DNA from: Gemmatimonadales bacterium
Lineage (GTDB): Bacteria; Gemmatimonadota; Gemmatimonadetes; Gemmatimonadales; GWC2-71-9
Length of the DNA stretch: 64,000 bases
NCBI GenBank assembly: GCA_036267775.1
Contig: DATAVM010000032.1
Coordinates: forward strand, 23,209-87,208
Direction of reading: 5' to 3'
Part shown: positions 47,154 to 57,930 of the stretch, one piece after another
Layout: each line of letters opens with the position of its first letter
How positions within the stretch are numbered: the stretch's first letter is position 1
The notes under the pieces: model-generated
The model's input: only the letters and a program-made list of their open reading frames with translations
The model's database searches: none
Told to the model about the DNA's origin: nothing
Program-made: the position numbers and the translations under genes

Positions 47154-48436
47154 CCACGCGCACCGTCGAAATGGAACTCGCCACACCCACGCTCGATCGC
47201 CTGGGCAATCTGCGCAACGTGCCCCTCGGCGTGGCGCGCCGTCCGAGCGAGGCCGTCGACGACGACTTTGGCGCCGAGCGGATGCTGGTGAACATCGGGC
47301 CGCAGCATCCGGCGACGCACGGCGTCCTGCGACTCGTGATGGAACTCGAGGGCGAGACGGTCAAGCGCGTCATCCCGCACATCGGCTATCTGCACTCGGG
47401 CTTCGAGAAACTCGGCGAATACCGCTTCTACAATCAGATCATCCCGCTCACCGATCGCACCGACTATCTGTCGCCGATGGCGAACAACATCGCGCTGGCG
47501 CTGGCCGTCGAAGCGCTGCTCGGGCTGCAGATCACCGAACGCTGCCGCCTGCTGCGCGTGATCGCATGCGAGATGAGCCGGATCATTTCCCACCTGGTCT
47601 GGGCGGGAACCACCGGCATCGATCTCGGCGCCTACACGCCGTTCCTGTGGATGTTCGAGCAGCGCGAGCGCGTCTACAACCTGCAGGAAGCGTGGACCGG
47701 TGCGCGGCTCACCACGTCGGTCGCGCGCATCGGTGGGATGATGGCGGATGTGCCCGAGGGATGGGAAGACGGCCTGCGCGAGTTTGTGCGGACCTTCCCG
47801 ACCACCTTGCGCGAGGTCGATACGATGTTCACCCGCAATGCGATCTGGTGCGGCCGGACGCAAGGCGTGGGAGCGATGTCGGCGGAAGATGCGATCAACT
47901 ATTCGCTCTCCGGGCCGATGTTGCGCGCCAGCGGTGTGGCGTACGACGTGCGCAAGGACCGGCCGTACCTGGGCTACGACGAATTTGATTTTGATGTGCC
48001 CATCGGCGAGCACGGGGATATTTACGATCGCTACCGCATTCGCATGGAAGAGATGTTCCAGTCGGTGCGCATCATGGAGCAGGCGCTCGACAAGATGCGG
48101 CCCGGCCCCGTCGACGTCGACGATCCGCATATCACGCTGCCGCCCAAGCCCCGCGCGATGAGCGACATGGAAGCAATGATCTTCCATTTCAAACAGGTGA
48201 TGGAAGGCGTGAAGGTCCCGGCGGGTGAGGTCTATCTGGGCGTGGAGAATCCCAAGGGCGAACTCGGCTACTACCTGGTGTCCGACGGTACGGCCAAACC
48301 GGTCCGCTGGCGTATTCGCCCGCCGTCGTTCCTGAACCTCGCCGCGTTGCCCAAACTCTGCGAAGGCGCGCTCTTGTCCGACGTGATCGCGATCAATGCC
48401 AGCGTGGACATCGTGATGGGAGAGATCGATCGGTGA
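47150..48436 (+). CDS. nuoD: NADH-quinone oxidoreductase subunit D
   Basis: NIGPQHPATHGVLRL, GYLHSGFEKL, ends DIVMGEIDR. Confidence 0.95.
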   Translation: MTTRTVEMELATPTLDRLGNLRNVPLGVARRPSEAVDDDFGAERMLVNIGPQHPATHGVLRLVMELEGETVKRVIPHIGYLHSGFEKLGEYRFYNQIIPLTDRTDYLSPMANNIALALAVEALLGLQITERCRLLRVIACEMSRIISHLVWAGTTGIDLGAYTPFLWMFEQRERVYNLQEAWTGARLTTSVARIGGMMADVPEGWEDGLREFVRTFPTTLREVDTMFTRNAIWCGRTQGVGAMSAEDAINYSLSGPMLRASGVAYDVRKDRPYLGYDEFDFDVPIGEHGDIYDRYRIRMEEMFQSVRIMEQALDKMRPGPVDVDDPHITLPPKPRAMSDMEAMIFHFKQVMEGVKVPAGEVYLGVENPKGELGYYLVSDGTAKPVRWRIRPPSFLNLAALPKLCEGALLSDVIAINASVDIVMGEIDR

Positions 48437-48929
48437 GTGGTGAAACCGCGGTGTACGAGCCCGTCTTCACTGGCGCAGTGCTCGCCCAGCTGGAAGCGCT
48501 CTATCCCAAGTATCCGACCAAGCAGGCGCTGCTGCTGCCGGCATTGTGGCTGGTGCAGGAGGCCCGCGGCTGGATTTCCGACGGCGCGATGCACGAAGTG
48601 GCGGAGAAGATCGGACTCACCGCCGCCTATGTGCGCGGCGTGGTCACGTTCTACACGATGTATCACACGCACCCGGTGGGACGGCACTTCATCCAGGTGT
48701 GTACCACGTCGCCGTGCGGGATCTGCGGCGCCGAGGACGTTGCGCGCGCGTTGGTGGAACAGACCGGTTGCGGCGATCTCGGCAGCACGAGTCCCGATGG
48801 ACGATTTACGGTGATCGAAGTGGAATGTCTGGGTGCCTGCGGCTTTGCCACGCCGATTCTGGTGGGTGATGATTTCATCGAGTCCGTGACGGTCGAGCGC
48901 GTCTCCGAAATCCTGGCACGGTATCCCTG

Positions 48930-48930
<1 letters not shown>
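48433..48930 (+). CDS. nuoE: NADH-quinone oxidoreductase subunit E
   Basis: QVCTTSPCGICG and ECLGACGFATP (2Fe-2S ligands). Confidence 0.9.
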
Positions 48931-50237
<1,307 letters not shown>

Positions 50238-50240
50238 ACG

Positions 50241-51803
50241 ATGGCTGACGAAACTGTCACCGTAACCATCGATGACGTGCAGGTCACGGTGCCCAAGGGC
50301 ACGATGATCATCGAAGCCGCCAAGCAGGCCGGCGTGCTCGTGCCGCACTACTGCTACCATCCGTCGCTGCCGTCGCCTGCCGTGTGCCGCATGTGTCTGG
50401 TGCAGGTCGAGAAAGCTCCCAAGCTGATGCCGGCGTGCGTGACCGCGGTGACTGAGGGCCAGGTGGTGCATGTCCATTCGCCGGATGCCAAGACGGCGCG
50501 TGAAGCGGTCCTCGAATTCCTGCTCATCAACCATCCCCTCGATTGTCCGATCTGCGACCAGGCCGGCGAGTGCGAGCTGCAGGACTTTGTCTTCCAGGAA
50601 GGCCGCGCGGGAACGCGCTATGCCGACTATCCCAAGCGCTATGCGCCGGTCGAGGATTTTGGCGCGGACATTCTCTATGTGCCCAACCGCTGCATCCTCT
50701 GTACGCGTTGCGTCCGCTTCATGGGGAATGTGGCGGGCGATCCTGTGATCGAGGTTTATGACCGCGGTGACCGGGCCTATATCGGCATCGATCAGGATGA
50801 GCGGCTCGACCATCCCTGGTCCGGGAACGTAGTCGACCTGTGTCCGGTGGGATCCTTGCTGTCGAAGGATTTCCTGCACAAGGCGCGCGCGTGGGATCTC
50901 GACAAGACGGCGTCGATCTGTCCCGGCTGCACGCAGGGCTGCAACATGACGATCGACACGCGCGATGACGCGGTGGTCCGTCTGCGCCCGCGTCCGAATC
51001 TCGAAGTGAACCGCCACTTCATCTGCGACACGGGCCGCGCCGACTATCGCTGGATGAATCGCGGCGACCGCGCCGAGGCGCCGCTGGTGCGCGATGGCGA
51101 TCGCCTGCGCGCGGTTGATTGGGACGCGGCGCTTGACCGGTGTGCCACACTGCTCAACGAAAGCGCAGGGCCGGTGGTTGTACTCGCCGGCGGCCGCGCA
51201 TCGTGCGAGACGCTGGGTGGCGTGATGCAGCTCGTGGCTGGGGCCCAGGTGACGGCTGCAATGAAGGTCCCCATGGGTGCCGAAGAAGCGCTGAGCGGGA
51301 TTCCGGATCTGGCGCTCCGCGCCGAACGCGCGGCGAACCTCGAAGGGGCGCGTCTGCTGGGCGTGAACGCCTCGTGGGCGAGTGCGATGGCGGCGGTGAG
51401 TGGTGCGGCGATGGTGATCGTGATCGATGTCGAGCTCGATGATGCGGAAGCGACGGCACTCGCCGGCGCTTCGCATCTGGCGCATTTTGCGACCATCGCG
51501 GATCCCCGGCTCCGCACGGTGGACCTGGTGCTGCCGGTGACGACGATGGCCGAAGAGCAGGGCGTGTACGTCAATCGCGATCGACGGGCACAGCGGTACT
51601 TGCCGGCGCGCCCCGCGCCCGGCATGGCGCGTCCGGCGTGGTGGGTCGCCGGTCAGGGCTGGGCGCGCCGCGCGCCGGGCCGGAGTGCACCGGCGACCGC
51701 ATCGGAAGCGTTCGGCGCGCTCGCGGCGTTTGGCGGGATGACCTACCGCGAGCTTGGCATGACAGGCCGCGTGGTGCCCGCGGCGGCGAGCGTGGCGCGA
51801 TGA
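50241..51803 (+). CDS. nuoG: NADH-quinone oxidoreductase subunit G (short, 520 aa)
   Basis: 2Fe-2S region (CYHPSLPSPAVCRMCLV), HPLDCPICDQAGECELQ, CILCTRCVRF, CPVGSL, SICPGCTQGCN. Confidence 0.85.
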   Translation: MADETVTVTIDDVQVTVPKGTMIIEAAKQAGVLVPHYCYHPSLPSPAVCRMCLVQVEKAPKLMPACVTAVTEGQVVHVHSPDAKTAREAVLEFLLINHPLDCPICDQAGECELQDFVFQEGRAGTRYADYPKRYAPVEDFGADILYVPNRCILCTRCVRFMGNVAGDPVIEVYDRGDRAYIGIDQDERLDHPWSGNVVDLCPVGSLLSKDFLHKARAWDLDKTASICPGCTQGCNMTIDTRDDAVVRLRPRPNLEVNRHFICDTGRADYRWMNRGDRAEAPLVRDGDRLRAVDWDAALDRCATLLNESAGPVVVLAGGRASCETLGGVMQLVAGAQVTAAMKVPMGAEEALSGIPDLALRAERAANLEGARLLGVNASWASAMAAVSGAAMVIVIDVELDDAEATALAGASHLAHFATIADPRLRTVDLVLPVTTMAEEQGVYVNRDRRAQRYLPARPAPGMARPAWWVAGQGWARRAPGRSAPATASEAFGALAAFGGMTYRELGMTGRVVPAAASVAR

Positions 51804-53026
51804 CGCCCGAGCTCAAGGGCTTTCTGCTGCTGGCGATCATCCGGCTGCTCGTGATCTTCACCTTCATCATGGTGGGCGTCGCGCTGCTCACGCTGATGGA
51901 GCGCAAGCTGGCGGGGTGGATGCAGAACCGGCCCGGCCCCAACCGGGTGGGCTGGTCGGGGATCCTGCAGCCCGCGGCGGACGGCATCAAGAATTTCATC
52001 AAGGAAGAGACGCTGCCGTCGTCGGCCAATCATCTCCTCTTTTCGCTGGCGCCGGCCCTGGCGTTCATGCCCGCGATCATGATGATCGCGGTCATTCCCC
52101 TCGCAGCTCCACTGCCGGTCAGCATGGATTTCACGCTCCCCGTGCTGGGCGAGTTCTCCTATCACGGCCTCCTGGCCATGCAGGTGGCCGATCTGCCCAT
52201 CGGATTCATCTTTGTCCTCGCCTTCTCCTCGCTTGGTGTGTACGGCATTGCGCTGGCAGGCTGGGCCTCCAATAGCAAGTACTCGCTGCTCGGCGGATTG
52301 CGGGCGAGCGCGCAGATGATTTCGTACGAAGTCGCGATGGGGCTGTCCGTGGTGCCGATCCTGATTCTCACGGGGAACGCCTCGTTCAACGAGATTATTG
52401 CCCGGCAGCAACAGGGTCTCTGGTTCATCGGCCCGCTCTTCCTCTCGTTCTTCGTCTTCCTCGTGTCGGGTTTTGCAGAAACCAACCGGTTGCCGTTCGA
52501 TTTGCCGGAAGCGGAATCGGAGCTGGTGGCAGGATATCACGCCGAGTACAGCGCGATGAAGTTTTCGCTGTTCATGATTGGCGAGTATGCGCACATCGTG
52601 ACGGTGGCGGCGATGGTGGCGACGCTCTACTTTGGCGGCTGGGACGTGCCGTTCACGCACTGGGACGAACAGGGTGGACTGCTGCAGACCATCGTGACGC
52701 ACATGTTCTTCTTTGCCAAGATGCTCTTCTGGATCTTCTTCGTGATGTGGATCCGCTGGACGTTGCCGCGCTTCCGCTATGACCAGCTCATGGCGCTCGG
52801 CTGGAAGGTGCTGTTGCCGCTGTCGTTCGGCTACATCCTGGTGATTGCCGGTGCGGTGCAACTGGTCGACCGCGTGCTCGGCTGGACCAATCCCAGGACC
52901 GAGGGACTGGCGCTCTTTGCGTTGAACATCGTGCTCGCGTGGGGGGTGTTCTTCCTCCTCGATCGCGGTCGCGTGGTGCGCGGCTCGCGTCGCGGCCCCA
53001 TGACTCCGGCGCAGGCGAGGATTTGA
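51800..53026 (+). CDS. nuoH: NADH-quinone oxidoreductase subunit H
   Basis: Internal Met of ORF 51638..53026. MERKLAGWMQNRPGPNRVG, ETNRLPFDLPEAESELVAGYHAEYS. Confidence 0.95.
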   Translation: MTPELKGFLLLAIIRLLVIFTFIMVGVALLTLMERKLAGWMQNRPGPNRVGWSGILQPAADGIKNFIKEETLPSSANHLLFSLAPALAFMPAIMMIAVIPLAAPLPVSMDFTLPVLGEFSYHGLLAMQVADLPIGFIFVLAFSSLGVYGIALAGWASNSKYSLLGGLRASAQMISYEVAMGLSVVPILILTGNASFNEIIARQQQGLWFIGPLFLSFFVFLVSGFAETNRLPFDLPEAESELVAGYHAEYSAMKFSLFMIGEYAHIVTVAAMVATLYFGGWDVPFTHWDEQGGLLQTIVTHMFFFAKMLFWIFFVMWIRWTLPRFRYDQLMALGWKVLLPLSFGYILVIAGAVQLVDRVLGWTNPRTEGLALFALNIVLAWGVFFLLDRGRVVRGSRRGPMTPAQARI

Positions 53027-53532
53027 TGGCAATTGGTGTCAAGGTGCTCAAGCGGCCGGACGAAGAGATTTCCTACATCCGCGCGACGCTCAAGGGTATG
53101 GCGCTCACGTTCAAGCACATGTTCCAGCCCCGGGTCACCATGCAGTATCCGGAAGTGCGGAGCACGGACGATTGGCGCATCTCGACCCGCTGGCGCGGTA
53201 CGCACCGGATGATGACCGACGAAAGCGGGCGGTCCAAGTGTGTGGCGTGCGGTCTCTGCCCGCAGGTCTGTCCCGCGAATTGCATCAAGCTGGTGCCGGG
53301 CGAAGATGAAGCGGGCAACCGCTATCCGCTCATCTACGAGATCGACGAATTCCGGTGCGTCTTCTGCGGTTACTGCCAGGAGGTCTGTCCGGAAGAGGCG
53401 ATTCACGTGGGCGTCCACTACGAAAACTCGGAGTATCTGCGCGAACGCTTTGTCTACGACCTGGAGCGCCTGTCGGCACAGACGCATCCGGTGTCGACGC
53501 TCTGGGATCCCGCCGACCCGCGCGGCCAGTGA
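53026..53532 (+). CDS. nuoI: NADH-quinone oxidoreductase subunit I
   Basis: Internal Met of ORF 52939..53532. Two 4Fe-4S motifs: CVACGLCPQVCP and CVFCGYCQEVCP. Confidence 0.9.
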   Translation: MAIGVKVLKRPDEEISYIRATLKGMALTFKHMFQPRVTMQYPEVRSTDDWRISTRWRGTHRMMTDESGRSKCVACGLCPQVCPANCIKLVPGEDEAGNRYPLIYEIDEFRCVFCGYCQEVCPEEAIHVGVHYENSEYLRERFVYDLERLSAQTHPVSTLWDPADPRGQ

Positions 53533-53533
53533 C

Positions 53534-54097
53534 GTGACGTTCGTCACCTTCGTCTTCTACGGCTTTGCGGTCTGGGCGGCGGGCTCGGCCCTGCTGTGCA
53601 TCACGCGGCGCAACGCCGTCGCGTCGGCGCTCTGGCTGGTATCCACGATGTTCGCGCTGTCGGGAATCTTTATCCTGCTTCAGGCGCAGTTCATCGCGGC
53701 CATTCAGGTGCTGGTGTACGCCGGTGCCGTCATGGTGCTGTTCCTCTTCGTCATCATGCTCCTCAACCTCGAGGAGATTCCGACGCAATGGGAGCGCTGG
53801 CGCGGCTGGGTCGCCGGCGTCGTGCTCGCGGGTGTGATCGGGGTGACGCTGGCGTCGCTCGCGGGCTACTCACCGACGCGACTCGCGCATGAGTTCGGTC
53901 CGACCGCGCCGGTCGTCGACCCCTCGATCGTGTTTCCAGAGGGACAGAACATGGCGGCCGCGATGACTTCGCAGGGCGCGGTAGGCGCGGTCGCAGCCCC
54001 GCTCTTTCAGACCTATCTCGTGCCGTTCGAAGTGACCTCCGTGCTGCTGCTGGCGGCCGTCATCGGCGCCGTGGTACTTGCCAAGAGGAAGCTCTGA
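53534..54097 (+). CDS. nuoJ: NADH-quinone oxidoreductase subunit J
   Basis: In frame of ORF 53240..54097 with GTG 53534 just after the nuoI stop. [25 protein letters not shown]. Confidence 0.85.
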   Translation: MTFVTFVFYGFAVWAAGSALLCITRRNAVASALWLVSTMFALSGIFILLQAQFIAAIQVLVYAGAVMVLFLFVIMLLNLEEIPTQWERWRGWVAGVVLAGVIGVTLASLAGYSPTRLAHEFGPTAPVVDPSIVFPEGQNMAAAMTSQGAVGAVAAPLFQTYLVPFEVTSVLLLAAVIGAVVLAKRKL

Positions 54098-54393
54098 TGC
54101 TCCTGGGACCATCGCTCGCGCTCTCGGCGCTGCTCTTCACCCTTGGTGTTGCCGGCGTGCTGATTCGCCGGAACGCCATCATCGTCTTCATGTGCATCGA
54201 GCTGATGCTCAACGCCGTCAACCTGAGCTTTGTGGCTCTCGCGCAACTGCACGGCGTTGGTGGTCAGGTGATGGTCTTCTTTGTGATGACGGTGGCGGCG
54301 GCGGAAGCGGCCGTGGGCCTCGCCATCATTCTCGCAATCTTCCGGCATACCCAGTCGGTGGACCTCACGCAGATCAACCTGCTCAAGGGCTGA
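54097..54393 (+). CDS. nuoK: NADH-quinone oxidoreductase subunit K
   Basis: 98 aa, 3 TM segments. [33 protein letters not shown]. Confidence 0.9.
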   Translation: MLLGPSLALSALLFTLGVAGVLIRRNAIIVFMCIELMLNAVNLSFVALAQLHGVGGQVMVFFVMTVAAAEAAVGLAIILAIFRHTQSVDLTQINLLKG

Positions 54394-54396
54394 CCC

Positions 54397-56367
54397 GTGG
54401 TCGCACTCCTCTGGCTGGTCGTGCTGCTGCCCCTGGCAGGCGCCATCATCAACGGTGCGCTCGCACTCTGGCGTCCCACCGCCAAGGGCGTGGTGACGGC
54501 CGTGGCCGTTGGTGCGCTGGCAGGATCGTTTGCGGCGGCGGTCGGGCTCTTCATCACCATCGCGCAGGCCCCGAGCCCGGTGTTCCGTCTGGTGCTCTGG
54601 CACTGGCTGCCGGTGACGACGAGTTTCAGCATCGACTTCGCCTTCCAGGCCGATCACCTCTCGCTGGTCATGTTGCTCATCATCACCGGCATCGGCGGGT
54701 TGATCCATCTGTTTTCCGTCGGTTACATGCACAGCGATCCCGGTTACGCGCGGTACTTCGCGTATCTGAATCTCTTTGTGGTCTTCATGCTCGTCCTGGT
54801 GCTCGGCTCCTCGCTGCCGGTGTCCTTCATCGGCTGGGAAGGCGTCGGGCTCTGTTCGTATCTGCTGATCGGCTTCTGGTTCGAGGTCGACGCCAACTCG
54901 AACGCAGGCAAGAAAGCGTTCCTTGCCAACCGCGTCGGCGACTTTGGCGTGATGGTCGCGATGTTCCTCATCTGGTGGCACCTGGGAACCCTGGAGTTCT
55001 CGGGCATCGCGCAGCAGGCGCCGGCATTGCTCGGCTACGGCAGCTCCGCGGCCACGTTGATCACCCTGCTGATCTTCCTCGGTTGCACCGGCAAGTCGGC
55101 GCAAATCCCGCTCTATGTGTGGCTTCCCGACGCGATGGCCGGCCCAACGCCGGTCTCGGCCCTGATCCACGCCGCCACGATGGTCACCGCCGGCATCTTC
55201 CTGGTGGTGCGGACCGGAGTGCTCTTTGCGCTGGCGCCGACCACGCTCGAGGTGATCGCGCTGATCGGCGCGCTGACAGCGTTCTTTGCGGCGAGCATCG
55301 GTCTCAGGCAATTCGACATCAAGAAGGTCCTGGCGTATTCCACCGTATCGCAGCTCGGCTACATGTTCCTCGGTGTGGGTACCGGCGAGTACGCGACGGG
55401 GATCTTTCACCTGATCACGCATGCCTTCTTCAAGGCTTTGCTCTTTCTGGGCGCCGGCAGCGTGATCCATGCGATGCACCACGCGCTGCACAAGGGACGC
55501 AGCCACGCCGACGCGCAGGACATGCGCAACATGGGCGGTCTCGCGCGCGCCATGCCGTGGACCTTTGCGCTGATGGGACTGGCCACACTCGCGATCGCCG
55601 GCGTGCCGCCGTTCTCGGGCTTCTTCTCCAAGGACGCCATTCTCGGCGCGGCCTTCGCTCGCGGTGTGGATCACCCCGTTTATCTGGTGTGCTGGGCGCT
55701 CGGGCTTGCGGCCGCACTCATGACCGCGTTCTACATGGCGCGCCTGATGACGATGACGTTCCTGGGCGACTTCCGCGGGAGCGCGGAGGCCAGGGCGCAT
55801 CTGCACGAGGCGCCGTGGATCATGACGGCACCGCTGCTCGTGCTGGGCGCGCTGAGTGTGGTCGGCGGGGTGGTGAACCTGCCGGCGTTCGTGGGCGGCG
55901 GAAACTGGCTCGATCATTGGCTGGCGCCGGTCACCGCGCCGGCAGCGGCGATCTTCCATGTCGCGGCGGAGCCCGCCGCATCGATGACATGGGTGCTTAT
56001 CGGCGTAGCGGTGGTGGTGGCGATCGGTGGATTGCTGGCCGGCTGGCAGATGACGGTCCGCGCGAACGTCGTGTCGCCGGAGCGAACGCCGCCGGAGCAC
56101 GGACTCGCCAACGTCATCAGTCACAAGTACTACGTCGACGAGCTCTACAGCAGGACAATCGTGCAGCCGACGATCTGGCTGTCGCGGCGGGTGCTCTGGC
56201 AGACGGTGGACCAATTGCTGATCGACCGGATCGGCGTGGGCGGTACCGCGCGCGTCGCGGCGGGACTGGGCTGGCTCGGCTCGCGCTTGCAGAACGGTCA
56301 GGTGGCATTCTACGTCGCCATGTTCGCCGCGGGTGCGGCCATCATCCTTCGCACGCTGGTGAGGTAA
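54397..56367 (+). CDS. nuoL: NADH-quinone oxidoreductase subunit L
   Basis: 656 aa antiporter-like subunit. WEGVGLCSYLLIGFW, GKSAQIPLYVWLPDAMAGPTPVSALIHAATMVTAG. Confidence 0.95.
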   Translation: MVALLWLVVLLPLAGAIINGALALWRPTAKGVVTAVAVGALAGSFAAAVGLFITIAQAPSPVFRLVLWHWLPVTTSFSIDFAFQADHLSLVMLLIITGIGGLIHLFSVGYMHSDPGYARYFAYLNLFVVFMLVLVLGSSLPVSFIGWEGVGLCSYLLIGFWFEVDANSNAGKKAFLANRVGDFGVMVAMFLIWWHLGTLEFSGIAQQAPALLGYGSSAATLITLLIFLGCTGKSAQIPLYVWLPDAMAGPTPVSALIHAATMVTAGIFLVVRTGVLFALAPTTLEVIALIGALTAFFAASIGLRQFDIKKVLAYSTVSQLGYMFLGVGTGEYATGIFHLITHAFFKALLFLGAGSVIHAMHHALHKGRSHADAQDMRNMGGLARAMPWTFALMGLATLAIAGVPPFSGFFSKDAILGAAFARGVDHPVYLVCWALGLAAALMTAFYMARLMTMTFLGDFRGSAEARAHLHEAPWIMTAPLLVLGALSVVGGVVNLPAFVGGGNWLDHWLAPVTAPAAAIFHVAAEPAASMTWVLIGVAVVVAIGGLLAGWQMTVRANVVSPERTPPEHGLANVISHKYYVDELYSRTIVQPTIWLSRRVLWQTVDQLLIDRIGVGGTARVAAGLGWLGSRLQNGQVAFYVAMFAAGAAIILRTLVR

Positions 56368-56370
56368 CCC

Positions 56371-57930
56371 GTGGCCGCCTTCCTTGCCAGCATCGGCTAT
56401 GGCTCCTGGGTGATTCATGTGCTGCTCGGGCTGCCGCTCCTCGGCATCCCGCTGATCCTGCTCTTTCCGGTACGCGCCGCCCGGTGGATTGCGCTCGGTA
56501 TTGCGCTGTTGGAGCTCGTGCTCGGCGTCGGCCTCTGGTGGGCGTTCGATCCGTCGATTACTGGTATGCAGTTCGTGACCGATGTGCCGTGGCTGGCGAA
56601 TTTTGGTGTCGGGTATCGTGTGGGCATCGACGGCTTGTCGGTCTTGATGGTGCTACTGTCGGTCGTGATGATGCCACCGGTCGTCTTTGGCAGCTGGAAG
56701 GCGATCGACCAGAAGCAGCGCGGCTTCTACGCGCTTCTGCTGGCGCTGCAGACCGGCATGCTCGGCGTCTTCGTCGCGACCGACCTCTTCCTCTTCTACA
56801 CCTTCTGGGAATTGCTGCTCATCCCGATGTACTTCGTGGTGGGCATCTGGGGCAGCACCAACCGGATCTACGCGGCCACCAAGTTTGTCATCTATACGTT
56901 CGTGGGCTCCTTCCTGATGCTCGTCGCGATCATCTGGATGGTGTGGGTCATTGGCCGGACGACGGGTGTGTACTCGTTCGCGTACGACAATCTCCTCGCG
57001 CACGCCGATCTGGTGCGGCCATGGGCGGGGTGGATGTTCGTGGGTTTTGCACTCGCCTTTGCCGTCAAGGTGCCGCTCTTCCCATTCCATACCTGGCTTC
57101 CGGACGCGCATACCGAAGCGCCGACGGCCGGTTCCGTCGACCTCGCAGTGATCCTGCTCAAGATGGGCACCTATGGTTTCCTGCGATTTGCCATTCCGTT
57201 CTTCCCGGTCTTTGCGCTCTCGCGCACGGTCGGAACGGTGATGGCGGTCCTGGCGGTGGCGGGGATCGTGTATGCGGCGCTCGTGGCGATGGTGCAGCCG
57301 GATCTCAAGCGCCTCGTGGCGTATTCATCGGTGAGCCATCTTGGCTTTGTGATGCTGGGCATATGGGGAAGCACGGTGATCAGCGTACAGGGCGCCATTC
57401 TGGTGATGGTGTCGCACGGCATTTCCACCGGCGCGCTCTTCTTTCTGATCGGCATGCTCTATGAGCGACGACATACGCGGCAGATCGCCGACTTTGGCGG
57501 ACTCGCACGCGTCGCACCAATGCTGGCGACGGCGTTCCTGCTGGCGTCGTTCTCGTCGATCGGGTTGCCGGGACTCAACGGCTTTGTGGGCGAGTTCCTG
57601 GTGCTGCTTGGCTCGTTCGGACGATACCCCTGGCTTGTCGCCATTGCGGCCACGGCGGTGATCTTCTCGGCCGCATACATGCTGTGGGCCGCGCAGCGCG
57701 TGTTCTTCAATCGCCTGACCAATCCGCTCAACGAGGCGGTCAAGGACCTCAGTCTGCGTGAAGTGCTGGTGCTTGGCCCACTCGTGGTGGCGATGTTCTG
57801 GATCGGGCTCTATCCGGCGCCGTTCCTCCGTCGCACCGAGACGGCGGCCCGGCACTATCTCCAGATGGCAAGTCCGCACCTGCCGCCGCCCACCTTTCCA
57901 GAGCCGCGCGCGATGGGAGAGCAGCCCTGA
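56371..57930 (+). CDS. nuoM: NADH-quinone oxidoreductase subunit M
   Basis: FYTFWELLLIPMYF, KVPLFPFHTWLPDAHTEAPTAGS. Confidence 0.95.
   Translation: MAAFLASIGYGSWVIHVLLGLPLLGIPLILLFPVRAARWIALGIALLELVLGVGLWWAFDPSITGMQFVTDVPWLANFGVGYRVGIDGLSVLMVLLSVVMMPPVVFGSWKAIDQKQRGFYALLLALQTGMLGVFVATDLFLFYTFWELLLIPMYFVVGIWGSTNRIYAATKFVIYTFVGSFLMLVAIIWMVWVIGRTTGVYSFAYDNLLAHADLVRPWAGWMFVGFALAFAVKVPLFPFHTWLPDAHTEAPTAGSVDLAVILLKMGTYGFLRFAIPFFPVFALSRTVGTVMAVLAVAGIVYAALVAMVQPDLKRLVAYSSVSHLGFVMLGIWGSTVISVQGAILVMVSHGISTGALFFLIGMLYERRHTRQIADFGGLARVAPMLATAFLLASFSSIGLPGLNGFVGEFLVLLGSFGRYPWLVAIAATAVIFSAAYMLWAAQRVFFNRLTNPLNEAVKDLSLREVLVLGPLVVAMFWIGLYPAPFLRRTETAARHYLQMASPHLPPPTFPEPRAMGEQP

Noticed and set aside
54013-56418. 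801-aa ORF on the minus strand opposite nuoL. The same pattern applies to other very long antisense or off-frame ORFs: 57855..60365(-), 7070..9151(-), 9152..10846(-), 14346..16313(-), 33362..35101(-), 31636..33384(-), 35708..37135(-), 49896..51485(-) and 60646..61773(-).
   Set aside because: Their translations are Arg/Pro/Gly/His-rich with no recognisable motifs. The opposite-strand frames carry unmistakable conserved signatures (nuo subunits, peptidases, sdhA and others). Long stop-free antisense frames are expected in high-GC DNA.
54078-57464. 1128-aa + strand ORF spanning nuoK, nuoL and nuoM in another frame
   Set aside because: It is out of frame with three consecutive genes that have clear NuoK/L/M motifs, and its composition is Arg/Gly/Ala-rich junk. 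No evidence for a fusion or frameshift.
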